A DNA stretch of 64,000 nucleotides, taken from positions 7,874,001 to 7,938,000 of the forward strand of contig OZ249445.1 in assembly GCA_965235115.1 (NCBI GenBank). Direction: 5' to 3'. The translations under genes and the position numbers were made by a program. Numbering within the stretch: position 1 is the first letter of the stretch; every line of letters begins with the position of its first letter. The notes under the pieces were generated by a model. That model did no database searches and was not told where the DNA came from. It worked only from the letters and a program-made list of their open reading frames with translations. Shown here one piece after another: positions 27,030 through 39,775 of the stretch. This stretch comes from Laetmonice hystrix. Taxonomy: Eukaryota.

Positions 27030-27236
27030 TTAAAGCAATCAGCGAGTATCTCTTCGTTCAATGGCTCCAAAATGCAGATATGGACTGTTAGGTTAGATAA
27101 GGCCTTAGACTACATAAATCAATAAATGTATGCCCACAGAAATCGAAAATCTAATGAAATTCAACATTCCAGTTGCCTTCTGTCGCTATAAAGCGATCGT
27201 CGCATGGCGGACTGTTGACAAAAAATAGTTGACCTG
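27030..27236 (+). repeat. Interspersed repeat, copy 2 (probable DNA-transposon end)
   Basis: Direct-orientation homolog of 19530-19721 with a short extra segment near 27190-27210. Confidence 0.85.
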
Positions 27237-28099
27237 GAATTGGGAAAAGGGTCCTATTACATTCCGGGCCCCGCTGGATTAGTTTGGTATAGCCACCTTT
27301 AAGTCGGTCCAGATTAGAGTTCCTGGAACCCGTAAACAACGACAACCAAAGCCAGAGGCAGGGGTCTTCGTGATCTCTGCGTTGGCCAACGTCGTTTTAC
27401 ATTTTCTTGGCATTATTTCGACCATCCATCGCGCAGGGAAACTGCACTGGCTCCGAGGATTCCTCGCACGCGTGTCAAGCGTAATTCTTCACATGACAAC
27501 AATGGCGATGGGTCTTGCTTAGGTCATCATAAATGAGACCGTCCCGGCGAAATGAAAACATAAATCTTCATCTCTCCTGATCAGGTTAGAGGCGTGACGC
27601 TGTGGGCGGTCTGTATGTATGCACGCGGCCGGTTGACGCAGGTCGACTTGCTACCACAGGCCGTGCTGGATTACAGCAGGAACCAAACTCTCCCAACCAT
27701 TTCACACGTCCATCATCTCTGTAAACCAACTTGTCACAGTACAATGGCACATATCACCGTCATTACTTCGCCATCTTTTCAAGAGATCCCACTGCAATAT
27801 CCATGACCAAACTCTTGTTTCCCTTTATGGGCACCCAAATAAATAAACCCCGGTTCCGAGCCGTATGCGTGCGTGCAAAATGTGATTATCTACATAAAAC
27901 AGGCGGAATGTCTCTGGTTCTAGAAATCCTTTCTGTTTTTTAGTGCCCGCATGAAGAGTGGTGACAACACAGGATCAAGCGTCTCGTAATAATCACTCCA
28001 GGGCGTCTTCATGTGTCGCCGCCAGACCGCCCTCTCAAATCTCATTCACATAGCTTCGTCTGCACCACGCAACCGATTACTGCGTCTGATATCTGTGGC

Positions 28100-29110
28100 G
28101 AGGAGCCGCACACAAATCCGTCGGTACTTACCAGACCCTATACTACAGGATCTCCTCACTGCATGGATCATACGGGGGTCCACTAAACCTCTCCATGAGG
28201 ATGACTGGAGCGGCAAACAGATCAGGAGATCCTCGGCCAGTGCCATCGCAAGCCTCATCATCCGGGAGTTAAGCCACCCAACAGATCAAGAAGCTCGCTC
28301 GCACCGACGTCTACCCAACATTCTCTCTCAAATCTATTTTGCTCGTAAAATCTTAAGTTATTTGTTTTAAACAAGAAATGGCCAGGTAGTAGTACTACCA
28401 GAAAGAAATATGGCGTTTATCGAGATCTGTTTGCAATGATCAATACATCAGCAATACATCTACAACGCCCACAGCCAATTTCGCCACAGGCTTTGCTAGG
28501 AGACTGGCCATCGACAAATGAGCACCGGATTTTTGACCGGACTCCTCGCTGTCAAACGGCCGCTCCTCCTGTCGCCTTTGGGGGTTCGCTTTCTGAACCC
28601 TGGCGCATGCCTACTAAAACTTTCATGAAGACAATTTCGGCCAGCCATTCAAACTGACCATCATAGTGAGTGACAACATATCGTGAGGAGCGAACGTTGT
28701 GGTGAGCGTTATGTCATTAGCAGCCTTCTCGTGTATAATCGAGCCATCGGTGAGCCGGGCCAAGCAAACTGTTGTGGGACAACGCCATCTAGGGCATGGG
28801 TCGCCACGTCCTTCTCAACCACAGTGACATCCGTTTTTCAGCGCGACCAACAAGTCGAAAGAATTCGCAGCTGAATATAAATTAGTGGCATTGGTCGCCA
28901 CCAATCGGACTTGCAAAAGAAGGATGGTCTGGTTGTGAAAGGGAAGGAATCACCGATCTCTCAGGACCTTACCTCTTCGATACTGGAGGAATTCTTGCGT
29001 TTGCATATCGGACACGGTGTGAGCACATTAGACAAGGAGTTCTACCGTTGCCGACACCTAGCGACGCTAGATAAATACTCGGAGGATAAGACTGTCGATC
29101 TGAGCAATAG
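28100..29110 (+). pseudogene. Decayed Ty3/Gypsy LTR-retrotransposon pol fragment (RT thumb, RNase H, N-terminal integrase zinc-binding region)
   Basis: Motifs occur in canonical order across frameshifts and stops: IRRYL...STKPLHE..W (about 28115-28210, weak), PVAF (28568), FHE..FGQPFK (28621), TDH (28653), LLVYN..I..PGQAN...SRA, and DLQKKDGLVVKG...ILE..LHIGHG...LDKYSE. These match Gypsy PVAFASR / KFH..LYG / TDHKPL / YxPGxxNxxADALSR / DGLLxxG..LHxGHxG..LDxDIE. Confidence 0.72.
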
Positions 29111-29617
29111 ATCAATGTCTGACCGCCCTGCTGATCTCACGAGCGGCCAACTCGTAAAACATTAGCAATGGCCAGCACCTTTGACGCCTCGACATTGCCA
29201 TTTGGCTTCCCTCAAACGAATCAATATTTTACTACAGTGTATTATAAAAGGAATATGCAGTCTTTTCGGTAAAAGTGGCTCTCGGCCGCCCTAATGGGCG
29301 GCGATCAAAAGCGTTAAGAACGGCGTAAAGAATGTACCATATTTTATACTTTTTTAATATTCATAAATCTGTGTTATGTTTGGTGGATGCATGAACATCA
29401 ACAGGCAACGTGCCGCTTTGATGAGAGAGAGAGAGATGGTAGCTATACAACTATTCAAATGATAGCGACTTTCAAGACGAAAACACTGTAAATTCAGGGT
29501 TAAATCTACCTTACATAATCAATATTGCGAATGTACCCGAATGAAGCACAGCACATTATTTAGACATCAAACTACAAAGGCAGGTCATTAAATTGTTTTT
29601 TTTTTCTACTCATTCCA

Positions 29618-29661
29618 AGTATATGAGGAACAGAGGAACAGTCCTCTGTTCCTCATATACT
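29618..29661. other. Perfect 20-bp inverted repeat with a 4-nt loop (hairpin / cruciform)
   Basis: AGTATATGAGGAACAGAGGA-ACAG-TCCTCTGTTCCTCATATACT; the arms are exact reverse complements. Confidence 0.95.
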
Positions 29662-32600
29662 CCATCGGCGTTTTCTTTATAGAATGGAACGATCCATCTA
29701 GCCAAGGGATTTGAGACCTACATCCCTATATTACATGTGCCTGTGTTTTTTTAGGATAACCACAGGAAATCGATCTTCCCTAGTAATGTTAGGGATAAAT
29801 AAAGGCCATAGAACTGCAATTACCTTGCCCTTGTTGGATGGTCTTAACGATGGTTGGTATTTGCATGAGAATGGTGCTCAAAATCGACGTGAGCTGTACG
29901 AAGACGCAGGCACATTGTAAAGTAACAATATAAGACCCTTGGAACTGCAAGATCAAATGGCAATGACTCACTACTTTCGCCTAATGACCTTGGCTAGTGG
30001 CGCCGGGAACGCCTGCCGTAGCAAATTGAAATTTATATGATAGTTTCCTGCGGTAATGCTCTTGCCTCTCTGTCTAGTTGCACACGTCTCTCCCCACCAC
30101 CCCCACCCCCGACTGCCAGTGCTGGAACGTTTATTCATTTAACCTACTGCCGTATACTGACCCTACACCTACACTTCAGAACTATAACATGCGATAAGGT
30201 TAGTCAGTGCCCATCGTATAACATTTCTCAGGAGATGGAATATGGCACATTAAATTGGGCTAATATGATCAATTACCATACATACATAAGAAAACAATCC
30301 ATTAGATCACAAATGGTTTCAAAAGTAGCCGTGTGACATTTTCTATTTTCAGCGAGGAAAACCTGCAGTAAAGGGCGCGTCCCATTCCACAAGGCCTATT
30401 TAGGAGAGACTCGGTTCCCACGTAAAAAGACTGCGATCATCTTCTTGTTGTTTAAAAAAAGCACCATCAATTCGGGAAAGCTGTGAGAAATACGTAATTA
30501 TGTCAGTTTTTCAAGAAATGCGTAATCCAGTATATACACATCACAATGGTCCCCAAACAAAAAGCAGCTATCATGCAACGCCTATTACTTTCTCTTTATT
30601 CGGCGCCAACCATTAGGCACAATCCTTCTCGAAGATGACGCATCCTTGGGATCGTACCACCAATTACCCGCCTCTATTCCGACTGCTCCACAGCGTTAAT
30701 TCTATTCATTTCGCTCCAGGCTGAGGGCATCGGGAAAGGTCACGTTTACGTGACAGCACCTTCGTCAAGGCGGAGCAGTTCCAGCCGCCGTATAGGAGCG
30801 ATCCATTCTATTATTCTCTGACTCTCACCTTTGGGGTTGGTGCATTTCTGCAGACATTCACTGGAACCTTCCAGAATCAGGCTCGTTCAAAAGCACATCT
30901 AAAATATCCTATGTAAAGAGGCGAACGGTGCCCCCTACCCTGGCTTGTATGCATCAGCATGAAGGCCTCTCACCAAAGTCTCGTTTCAATGCCATCTCGT
31001 CAAGTGCTTGACGCGCGAGAAACAAAGCTCATCGAGCCAATCAACGCTGACTGACCGCATTAGTGCCTGAGGTGGTGTCGAATACGAGGCTGAGTCCAAG
31101 TGAGGCTCGTAGCCGGACGACGCTGGGCCGCCGTAGGTCGTCCCCAATGGGACGTCAAGTCGTTAGACATGCAGATTCAAATCCCACTGAGATACATTAC
31201 GTCCTGTAAAGGTCACAATATTAGCAATGAAGCTGGAGTGCGGCGGAAAGGTGGCTGACATATATGGTGAACAATACGTCGGCTGCTGAAACGAGTGCCA
31301 TAATGGCTCAATGCAGTATAAATTATATGTAATAAACAGCTGAACGGTCTCGTCAAACGAGTTTTTATCAGATACGTGGGCGGTATCATAATGAAAAGCG
31401 GAAAAAGCGGTGTTTACATCCATGATTAGACATTAATTTGTCAGGATATATGTCGATTAATATAAAATAAAGGTTTTACATACACTGCACGATACGAATT
31501 GCCGAGGTCCCCCCCCCATCGGCAACTAATATCGAGAATATCCCACATCCTTGACCAGCTGTTGTTCTCTCCAATGTTGCTATGTCTTTTAGTTTCCGTT
31601 TCAAATATACTCAAAGTTTGTGTTTTCAATAGTAACTTTTGCATTATTAGTAAAACATAGAGATAACGCGAATCGTTCTCAGCCTAGGGTAATATTTCGT
31701 CTATATGGGCCCCTATTAATATGACCTTTAGTATACTACAACCAACGTCCGTAGGCGTAGCACGGTATGTGGATTAGGACCTAATCACGTCAACCTGTGC
31801 CCATGTCCCGGAGGGCGGCATATTCTAGGCCTGTCCCCGAGGTAGGCCGCTGGCCGGTGACAGATGACAGTGAGAGCGTGCATGCGTCCACTGAGGTCTC
31901 GTGTCCGTCGGGCTGACCATGCAACACATGCTACCGGTGAAACCAGAATTAGCGTGGGTCGATTTTAGCTGACTTAATTCTCTCTCTGGACACTGTTCTA
32001 TTCACCACCATATGCAGTGGACATCCAGATGCTTTGGTCAGTTACCTCACTAACACCATGAACTGTGGACATTATTGTCATTGAATACAAAACGCCATTA
32101 AACTTAAATGAGTTGAAACTTTCCTAATTGTATGACGTTTACCTACCGGAAGCAGATACAATATCATAGCCTTAGAAGAGTGGATTAATAAATCCGTAAT
32201 GTCCAACGCGTCCAACAATTATTTATTGTCGTATTCAAATTGATGTCATGAATAATGTGACGAAACCTACACATCAACGCACAAACTCATACTGCGAGAG
32301 GCGGCAAGGGTCACTTCCCACACTGCACTGACTTTTGACGCCCACCCTAGTCATCGAGTCGGACTGTCCAATATATCAACAACACTAATAAAAAACAACC
32401 ACCAGCAAACAATTGTTCTCTATTAATGTTTCAATTTTAACATAATCTGTTCTTCAGGGATGACCTGAATGTGTCGAGGAAAGTCAACGCGGTCTAACTA
32501 CCACTAATGTCATATTGATTCTGTCATAATTTAAAATGGTATTTTATATGTCTAGACGGCCTATGTATTGACACACTGTCACAACAGATGCATACGATTT

Positions 32601-35600
32601 ATCAGGCCAGAAAAAAAGAAGAAATTAGATGCTCTGCTTGAATAACTTTAGACTAGTAAACCATCAATCCCCTCATCTCCATGGGTCTCTCATAACTTGT
32701 CTGTGCCTCTGTCCCCCTGGGCACCCTGTGGAGGGTTTAATTAACCAGGCGGTTTCAATGCCGATGTGCTCTAAATGAGAAGCAGAAGGTTCTGATGTAA
32801 TGGACTGCATAAATCAACCGTCATCGTCAATGAGTATAACATCCACCGGGCCCCAGCAGAATGAAGGCGACAAAGGACCTTTATATGCATGTGTGTTTGG
32901 GTACCGGAAAATGCTGAGGCAAAGGGACGCCCCAAGTAATGTCTTACCAGCATGCCGATATCTTCCCAAGGAAATCATCGCGTCTCCGCCTCAGGCACAC
33001 GAAGGGCGGGGAAGTGATTGACGCCGAAACGATAGAGCTCATTATTCGTGAATGTGAATATCCTGATACCAGCCGTAACCAGGGTTCAAACCAGCAGGCA
33101 ATTTGTAATGGACGTACGTTCAGCACACATCCGTACAGGGCGCGACCACCTCATAAGGAATGCAGCGGCACTCCGGTGTTGTTAATTAAAAACACCGCCT
33201 AATTACGACAGAAACCCGATCGTATTTTAAAGCCCCCTCTACTTTCTTCGGGGTAATACCTGGGAACTGACAACATGCGATACCGAAACAATTGAGTCGT
33301 TAAGACGGAATGGACGTCTCTTCAGGGCAAAGGCGGTGTCCACTCCTTCAACGTAACATTTGCACGTTTCTGTTCGTTCCAGGAAAATGAATCTAGCACC
33401 TCCTTGCAAATTCTTAGGAATGGGATGGGAAACTCCCCAAGCAATGCAAGGCAATTTAAAACGATTCATTGGAGAGGGATTTTAAAACCCATTCGGGCCT
33501 ATTAATTGTTCAGTTTTATATTGTGTCTGCTGCTTGAAATGGCAGAACTGAGAGTTTTTGTTAATCATTGTAGAATGATGGAAGTCCCATTAAAACGAGA
33601 GCATCACATCAATACGGCGATAGAGCAAACATTTTATAGGAACTGATGAATTCGTAATCAGGTCATGAATTCTTGACATAAATTATTTCGTTATGCAAGA
33701 AGACAGAGGGACAATCAGAAAACAATTTTCCTTTCTAAGTGCACTCCTGATCTAACATAAATAAGAAACGCGAGCCTACTTCATCAGTAACCAGATTATC
33801 GTCTTACTTTGCGAGTAGATGATACTTAGAAATCATAAAGGCAATCGTTCTGCCATTCCGAAACCTTATATTATTCATGATCATTCTCGAGCTGATTACA
33901 TCTATTCAACTCATTCTGCTAGCATCTGTACGGTGTGACATTAGTCTATTTTAATGTGAACTCACAGTTCTCATAATATTATATTAGTTTCTTTAGCGGG
34001 ACTGTTTGAGAGTTGAAGGCCACACTCGTCTGATAGTCTGTTCGAAAGCACTTATAAGAGTTCGTCTTTTATTTCAGTTGCCTGACTGTAGCAATCCTGG
34101 ACCGACGATCGTCGCGGGCATTCCTGGGAACCTTGCTTCGATCCTTAAAACGGTTACCATGTCATCGTTGGATTATTTAATGAGGATTTTGCCGCGTGGA
34201 TTGATTGTATTAATGGATTTTAAGAGAAGAAATCAACCACAATCATGAAAAATCATAACATGGTGACTTTCATGTCCTTCATTCTCATAAAATTATGAGA
34301 TTGTCCTTAGCATTTTCATACACGGATTTAATTTTGCTGAGCATCTCCTTTAAAGTTCTGCAAATATATGGTCTAAAATGGGGTCGGTGATGAACGTCCC
34401 GGCATGTAACGGTAGCAGAATGGAAGAAAGGATAGGCCTACTACAAAAACATGAATCATTTACATAATCAACTCGGCATGAATATTTATGAACCCAACGA
34501 GTCATTTGCCACCATCATCTTTTAAATTTGCAATATCCATTTAAACTGGATTGCAAATGGTGTTCGCAATTAAAACCTTTATCTAATTCAAAATCAAAAT
34601 CAAAGGATTTTTTCCACGAAATTTTCTTTCAAAATCCAATTTGATTAGTGTGCTGAATTAATGTATGGGGACATTTGAAATGAGGCGTGGGTAGTATGCC
34701 TATAACATCATTTACTTAATGGAGTCACAATGTGGAATCAGGTTGTTGTGTATGATCTCTGACCCCCGTCGTGTGATCTGGTTAAGGTCACTAACAGCGC
34801 AATCCTCATAAGGTCAAAGGACGCTGTGGATAATACCGCCTGGGTAGGGTGAATTAATTCAACTATCCCTCTCTATCAGCCAGCATTCTAATACTTAACC
34901 AACCACTCAACCGGTAGATAAACGGTCAGACATACAGACAGACACCTTACACCTGGGCAAAGGACAGCGATGGTTTCAATGGCAATGTCCACAATCATAT
35001 TCACTAGAATTTCAGATTCATTCCATTCAAAACATTTCCCCCCTATCTCCACCTTATTCCTTGATGTGTAGTTATTCTCTGAACAAGCGAGAGAACGTAT
35101 AACCGAATTTCACTCCTTATTTTGAATAATTAACAATATTTCTCTTCTCCAATCAAAAGAAAGTGTACCTATCACGGGCAGACACCAGCGTACAGTATCA
35201 AACAATGGGTAGAAAGATAAGGCAATCGTCGACCACACTGTCAACCTGTTCTCTGCCCGCATTGTTTGGACCAAGCCGCCTCAAAGAATATTAATACACC
35301 GTATCGTGTCAACGAATACAAGGAGGTGACGACAAGCAGCCATCTATCATCTTACGGATGAGCTTTCTTCTCATTGGATTCACCAATCGGTTGAGAAATT
35401 GATTCATTTGCCTGAGCTTTACAGCCTTTAAAGACCCGACAATAGCTAGAAATTAAAGAACCTTGCACGTACAGGAACAGACATTGGTGGCCCAAGACAA
35501 GAATACTAATAATGCCAACAACCTTTGTTAACCGGCTAGCCGTATCCCGTTACTCGGGCAATCGCCCGGAAGAGGTACGTTAAATTTTTGTTTGTATTTT

Positions 35601-38466
35601 ACGGTAAAACTGATTGTACAAAGCTGGCTTCCTATACTCGATGTTATGTAGCGGTAGGCAGCGGTAGTTGGTCATAGAGTCATAGATGTGTACTGACTAC
35701 ACAATCTATGGTAGAGTAAGTTCATAATGTGTATGGTCTCAGACTGGGTCTGTATCTAGGCAATAGAAAACCAGAAAAATCCGAATCTTCATGCCATGCC
35801 ATGCCATCTATGCCGCCATATAGAGCAAAACACGGGGGTATTGTGGTTTCTTTCCTTGTCCCGGTCCCAGCTTTGCCACTGAATTCATTAAAGAACCCAA
35901 TGAATCAGCCATACAGAAGTACCCTTCTAATGATAACATCTGGTTAATAATTGTTTGGCTCGAGTATAATTACTATTATCATTGCAAGTAAAACGTAAGA
36001 ACAGTTAGTTCTAGTTCAACCTGAACCTTTAATCAAACGGTGCAAAGATTGAAATTTGACGTGTAATATCGCCACTTGAAGTTGATTGAGCCTCTAGCTG
36101 GCGCGGGGCTGGCCACTGTCAGACATTCATTATTGCCCGCCAAACGCCTGCTGGATTGAAATCTCGCGGGACTAACACTCGACGCTACTCCCCCACACCC
36201 AGCACCCCGACCATAGCCTCCACAATATTACATCTCTCCCTCCGTCATGTCTCATTATCATGGTGTTCACCGACACTACCGTCTTCTCTCATACCATCCC
36301 ACCATGTCTCCTGATTGAATAAGAACATCCTCCAAGGAAGCAATCATAGTGTAGTTTTCATTATTCTTGTTTTATTTCCTAAAGACATACCATTCACTGC
36401 GTATATTGTTTGCATGTATCATGCTTATTATGCCATGGTAACCCCTTCACACTCATTTGCATCTGATAATATACAGGAACCGGAAATGAGAAGTTTGCCT
36501 GATAGGGCACTCAAGGAGCTGTTCTCGCCAGCAGTAGCATGTAGGCAGGTATATGCCGACAGGTTGTTCAACTTCTGACTCAACCCTATCGAAATGTTGC
36601 CAAGGATTAGAGTGATTGCCATTCTATATGGAATGTTTCCCTACCACTTTGCACTGAACAAAAACTCCGTTGAGATCTCCCCAGACCTTGTTTTAATTTG
36701 CAAAGAATCTGCGATAGAGTGTCCAGATTATGTTTGTCGATATTTCAATTTCGTGGTCAATATTTCATCTGGCATGTTCGTTTTATCGAGTAAGTCGAAC
36801 GTGCGGTCAATGGTTGTATTTCCACATCACAATAATAGGGCCATAACACGCTATCGCTTGGAATTCAATCCTGTAAGAAAGGTTTGAGATAAGATGTAAT
36901 AAGTTGTTTGAAACCACATATAGTTTATATGTATTGATCACGTTTAGTTACTTGACTTCACATACATACATTTCATATATACGCAGGAGTTATACATTGA
37001 TATATCGCATTCTGTACACATACACAATTACTGTACATACATCTGGTCATGTATATATGCCTGCAAAATGATTGGTCTTGATGAAGCACATACTGGTATT
37101 ACTTGAACTGTCCATGTACTCAATAAATAGCGGCGTGCAGCTGTGGTGTAAGATTATTGCGAGTGCCTTTATACTATATAACAAAGATAATATATGTAGG
37201 TGTGATCAGAACTAATATCACAATAGCTACCGGCAACCAGACCTAACCGGCCCTACTGTATTCGGCTTAACTCAACTTCTTTAAATAATCATATAAGTTA
37301 TATATCTCACGCAGAACCTTTAATTTATTTTTATCACAGGGGTCTTAAATATCAAGGCCCATTAAAATTAAATTTGCCCTGTCGTCATGAAATTATTATC
37401 GGATAGGAATTTGTAATTCCTATCAGGTAACCAGCTTAATAGGCTAACTGCCTGGCGTATGATAGAAGTCTGAGATGTGTCATTGAGAGTTGCCAATATA
37501 ACGTGGACAATCCCACAAGGTGTATTATTTATGGATTACATGTATATGAAAGCAGACGGTACGAAACCGATTTCGCTCTCTTTATATCAGTATGCAGTCG
37601 GCAGTAATGGTGTTGGCACCGTTGGGCAGCACTGGATGTCAACCCGAATACACGGAGTTCACAACCGATTCTTACTGATCGCTTTAGTCAGAGAATGAAG
37701 GTACTTATATATAACTTATCACTCAAATGGTATCTAAATGGGAAAGCTTTGTAATATCACTCCACCAAACTTGATAAAGTAGCGTCGTACAGAGCAGATC
37801 TTAGAGGTTAAATATATAACCGTCCCTGGTCCTGTTATTTTATTGTCAAAGTTACGCAACGTAAGGAATAGCTGTGGATAATGACCGTTAGATGAACAAT
37901 GTTGAATCGACTGGGGACTAATCTAGTCTGACGTAGCGGTATGCCGTTACCGCCTCAATAAGATAAGATGCTGCATTCTATAGGGAGTTGCTGTGCACAA
38001 AGTGCCTCACAACGAGTAGCTGGTTTCACAACATAACAACACAAACTGGCTCTTCTGAAATACCATGTATGAAAGGTCAGTGTTGTCCTGAAGCCATTAT
38101 TTTAACAAAAGAACACAATGGGCGGGGAGGCGCATGAAATGCTTACTGGTAAAACTATCTTCTCTACTATTCTGCTCCCTGCGGTCGGATGTGGTGATAT
38201 TGAAATTTTGTCATGGCATCTTATTTCAGCAAGGAAACGCAATTTGAGACAATATTTTTGTTTCTATTTTGTTGGATTTGTAAAGAGTCTACATCACTGT
38301 TACGTACCCAGAGGAGAGGATTGCTCACTCATACATGGCGATGGTAAAATGGGGATGCTGCGGATTGCATACAGAACAACGATTCGACATTATGGTTGCA
38401 TATGGTAGATACAATACATTGCTCTGGTTCGCAATTCCTCTCGAGTTGCTTAGGAATGAAAACCTG

Positions 38467-39717
38467 TCACTTGAAACGACAATCTGCACTAGAGAAGGGA
38501 CACGACGCGGCCTTATAATTGGCCGCATTTGAAATGGCCATAAGTGATCTGGCAGCGGAAGTCGCACACGTCCCCCACACAGTAACACCTCGTTCAATCA
38601 ATTCCAGGAGCCAGGAAAGTCTACAATCACAATCGATTGGATTGCCTACAAGCGACAGCGTCTTCAATCTAGTCCTTCGAGACAAAATACATTTTCTTAG
38701 AGTCTCCAATTGGTTATTGTCTAATATTAGTTGCTTCAGCTTTGAAGACTGACGGAAGACACCTTCCGGAAGGTTTCGTATCTTATTACCACTGAGGTAC
38801 AGCTTTTGCAATGACGACAGTCCTGCAAACGTTTTCGCCCATATCAGTTCTATTTTGTTGTTTTGAAGCCACAGGATGCTAAGTTCACTTAAATCCTTAA
38901 AGGTGCCGTCTGGAATAAATCCTATAGCGTTGCTGTGAAGGCCGAGGGATAAAAGCCTATTAAGTCCATCGAAAGCACCAGGAAAAATGTACGTTAGACC
39001 GTTGTGGTCCATATTTAACACTTTAAGGTTGGTTAGATGCCTGAATGTGAATCCATATACGGTGAAGATGCTATTTTCTCCGATATGTAGCACTTCAAGC
39101 CGTGGCAGATGTCTAAATGTGTTGTTACGGATCTCCGTGATTCGGTTTCGATCTAGGTCAAGTCGCCGTAGACGACTCAAGCCAGCGAACATATTCTCCT
39201 CCAATCTCTCCAGTTGGTTTCCCCAGATTACCAACTCGTGGAGGTTTGGGGTGCCAAGGAACAGGCCTGATGGTATATATCTTAAGTGGTTTCCCCACAG
39301 GTGAAGGCTTCTCAGTTTGCGCATACCTATCAGCAAACCTTGTCGCAACGAAGGAAGAAGGCAGTTACCCATTGATAGTTCCTCCAGGACGGCTTCAACA
39401 CCGGCAAAGGCATTCACGTGTAAACGTTCACCTATGGGGTTGAACTCAAGCACGATCTTCTTCACCTTTAAGTGGAAGAACGTCGCCTCAGGCAGGTCCC
39501 GGATGTACTGCTTGGAGAGATCGACACTACGGTAAAGAATCCCATCGTCAATAAACTTGGGGACGCTATTGGTGACCTCACAAACGATATCACCATAGAG
39601 ACAGGTACACAATGAACTATTGTCTATGGGACACGGCTCCACAGAGCAGATGGTAATCGTTGTCAGGAGAGACATGAGCACGAAGGTAGAGCATGCTATA
39701 GCTGCCAGAACGGCCAT
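38467..39717 (-). CDS. Secreted extracellular leucine-rich-repeat protein, 416 aa, encoded in one exon (SLIT/ALS/chaoptin-like typical LRR class)
   Basis: Hydrophobic signal peptide (MAVLAAIACSTFVLMSLLTTITICS) and LRRNT CPIDNSSLCTC...VC. About 13 repeats of roughly 24 aa fit LxxLxLxxNxI/LxxL/IxxxxFxxL, followed by LRRCT NPIDCDCRLSWL...TC...SC. Good Kozak context (AAGATGG) with an in-frame TAG just upstream. No transmembrane helix. Confidence 0.96.
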   Translation of the reverse strand: MAVLAAIACSTFVLMSLLTTITICSVEPCPIDNSSLCTCLYGDIVCEVTNSVPKFIDDGILYRSVDLSKQYIRDLPEATFFHLKVKKIVLEFNPIGERLHVNAFAGVEAVLEELSMGNCLLPSLRQGLLIGMRKLRSLHLWGNHLRYIPSGLFLGTPNLHELVIWGNQLERLEENMFAGLSRLRRLDLDRNRITEIRNNTFRHLPRLEVLHIGENSIFTVYGFTFRHLTNLKVLNMDHNGLTYIFPGAFDGLNRLLSLGLHSNAIGFIPDGTFKDLSELSILWLQNNKIELIWAKTFAGLSSLQKLYLSGNKIRNLPEGVFRQSSKLKQLILDNNQLETLRKCILSRRTRLKTLSLVGNPIDCDCRLSWLLELIERGVTVWGTCATSAARSLMAISNAANYKAASCPFSSADCRFK

Positions 39718-39775
39718 CTTGAAGAGGCCTCCCTAAATGGAGGCCTGTTGAAAAGGATACTAAAGAAAACACAGA
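39718..39775 (-). promoter_or_regulatory. 3' splice site and 27-nt 5'UTR segment of the LRR exon, implying an upstream non-coding exon
   Basis: Minus strand reads gtgttttctttagtatccttttcaacAG|GCCTCCATTTAGGGAGGCCTCTTCAAG-ATG; the AG is at 39746-39745. Confidence 0.7.

Noticed and set aside
32939-33470. Gypsy RT N-terminal remnant (PVLLIK, YRNN, GMGNSP)
   Set aside because: Motif spacing is inconsistent with the RT consensus; an HMM search would be needed.
36315-36887. About 190-codon + frame interrupted by one TGA (pseudogene or selenoprotein?)
   Set aside because: No recognisable domain and no SECIS-like structure seen; the opposite strand is similarly semi-open.
37477-37698. LINE RT-like IPQG...ADGTK
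   Set aside because: Too short between PQG and ADD relative to the consensus, and the catalytic DD is absent.
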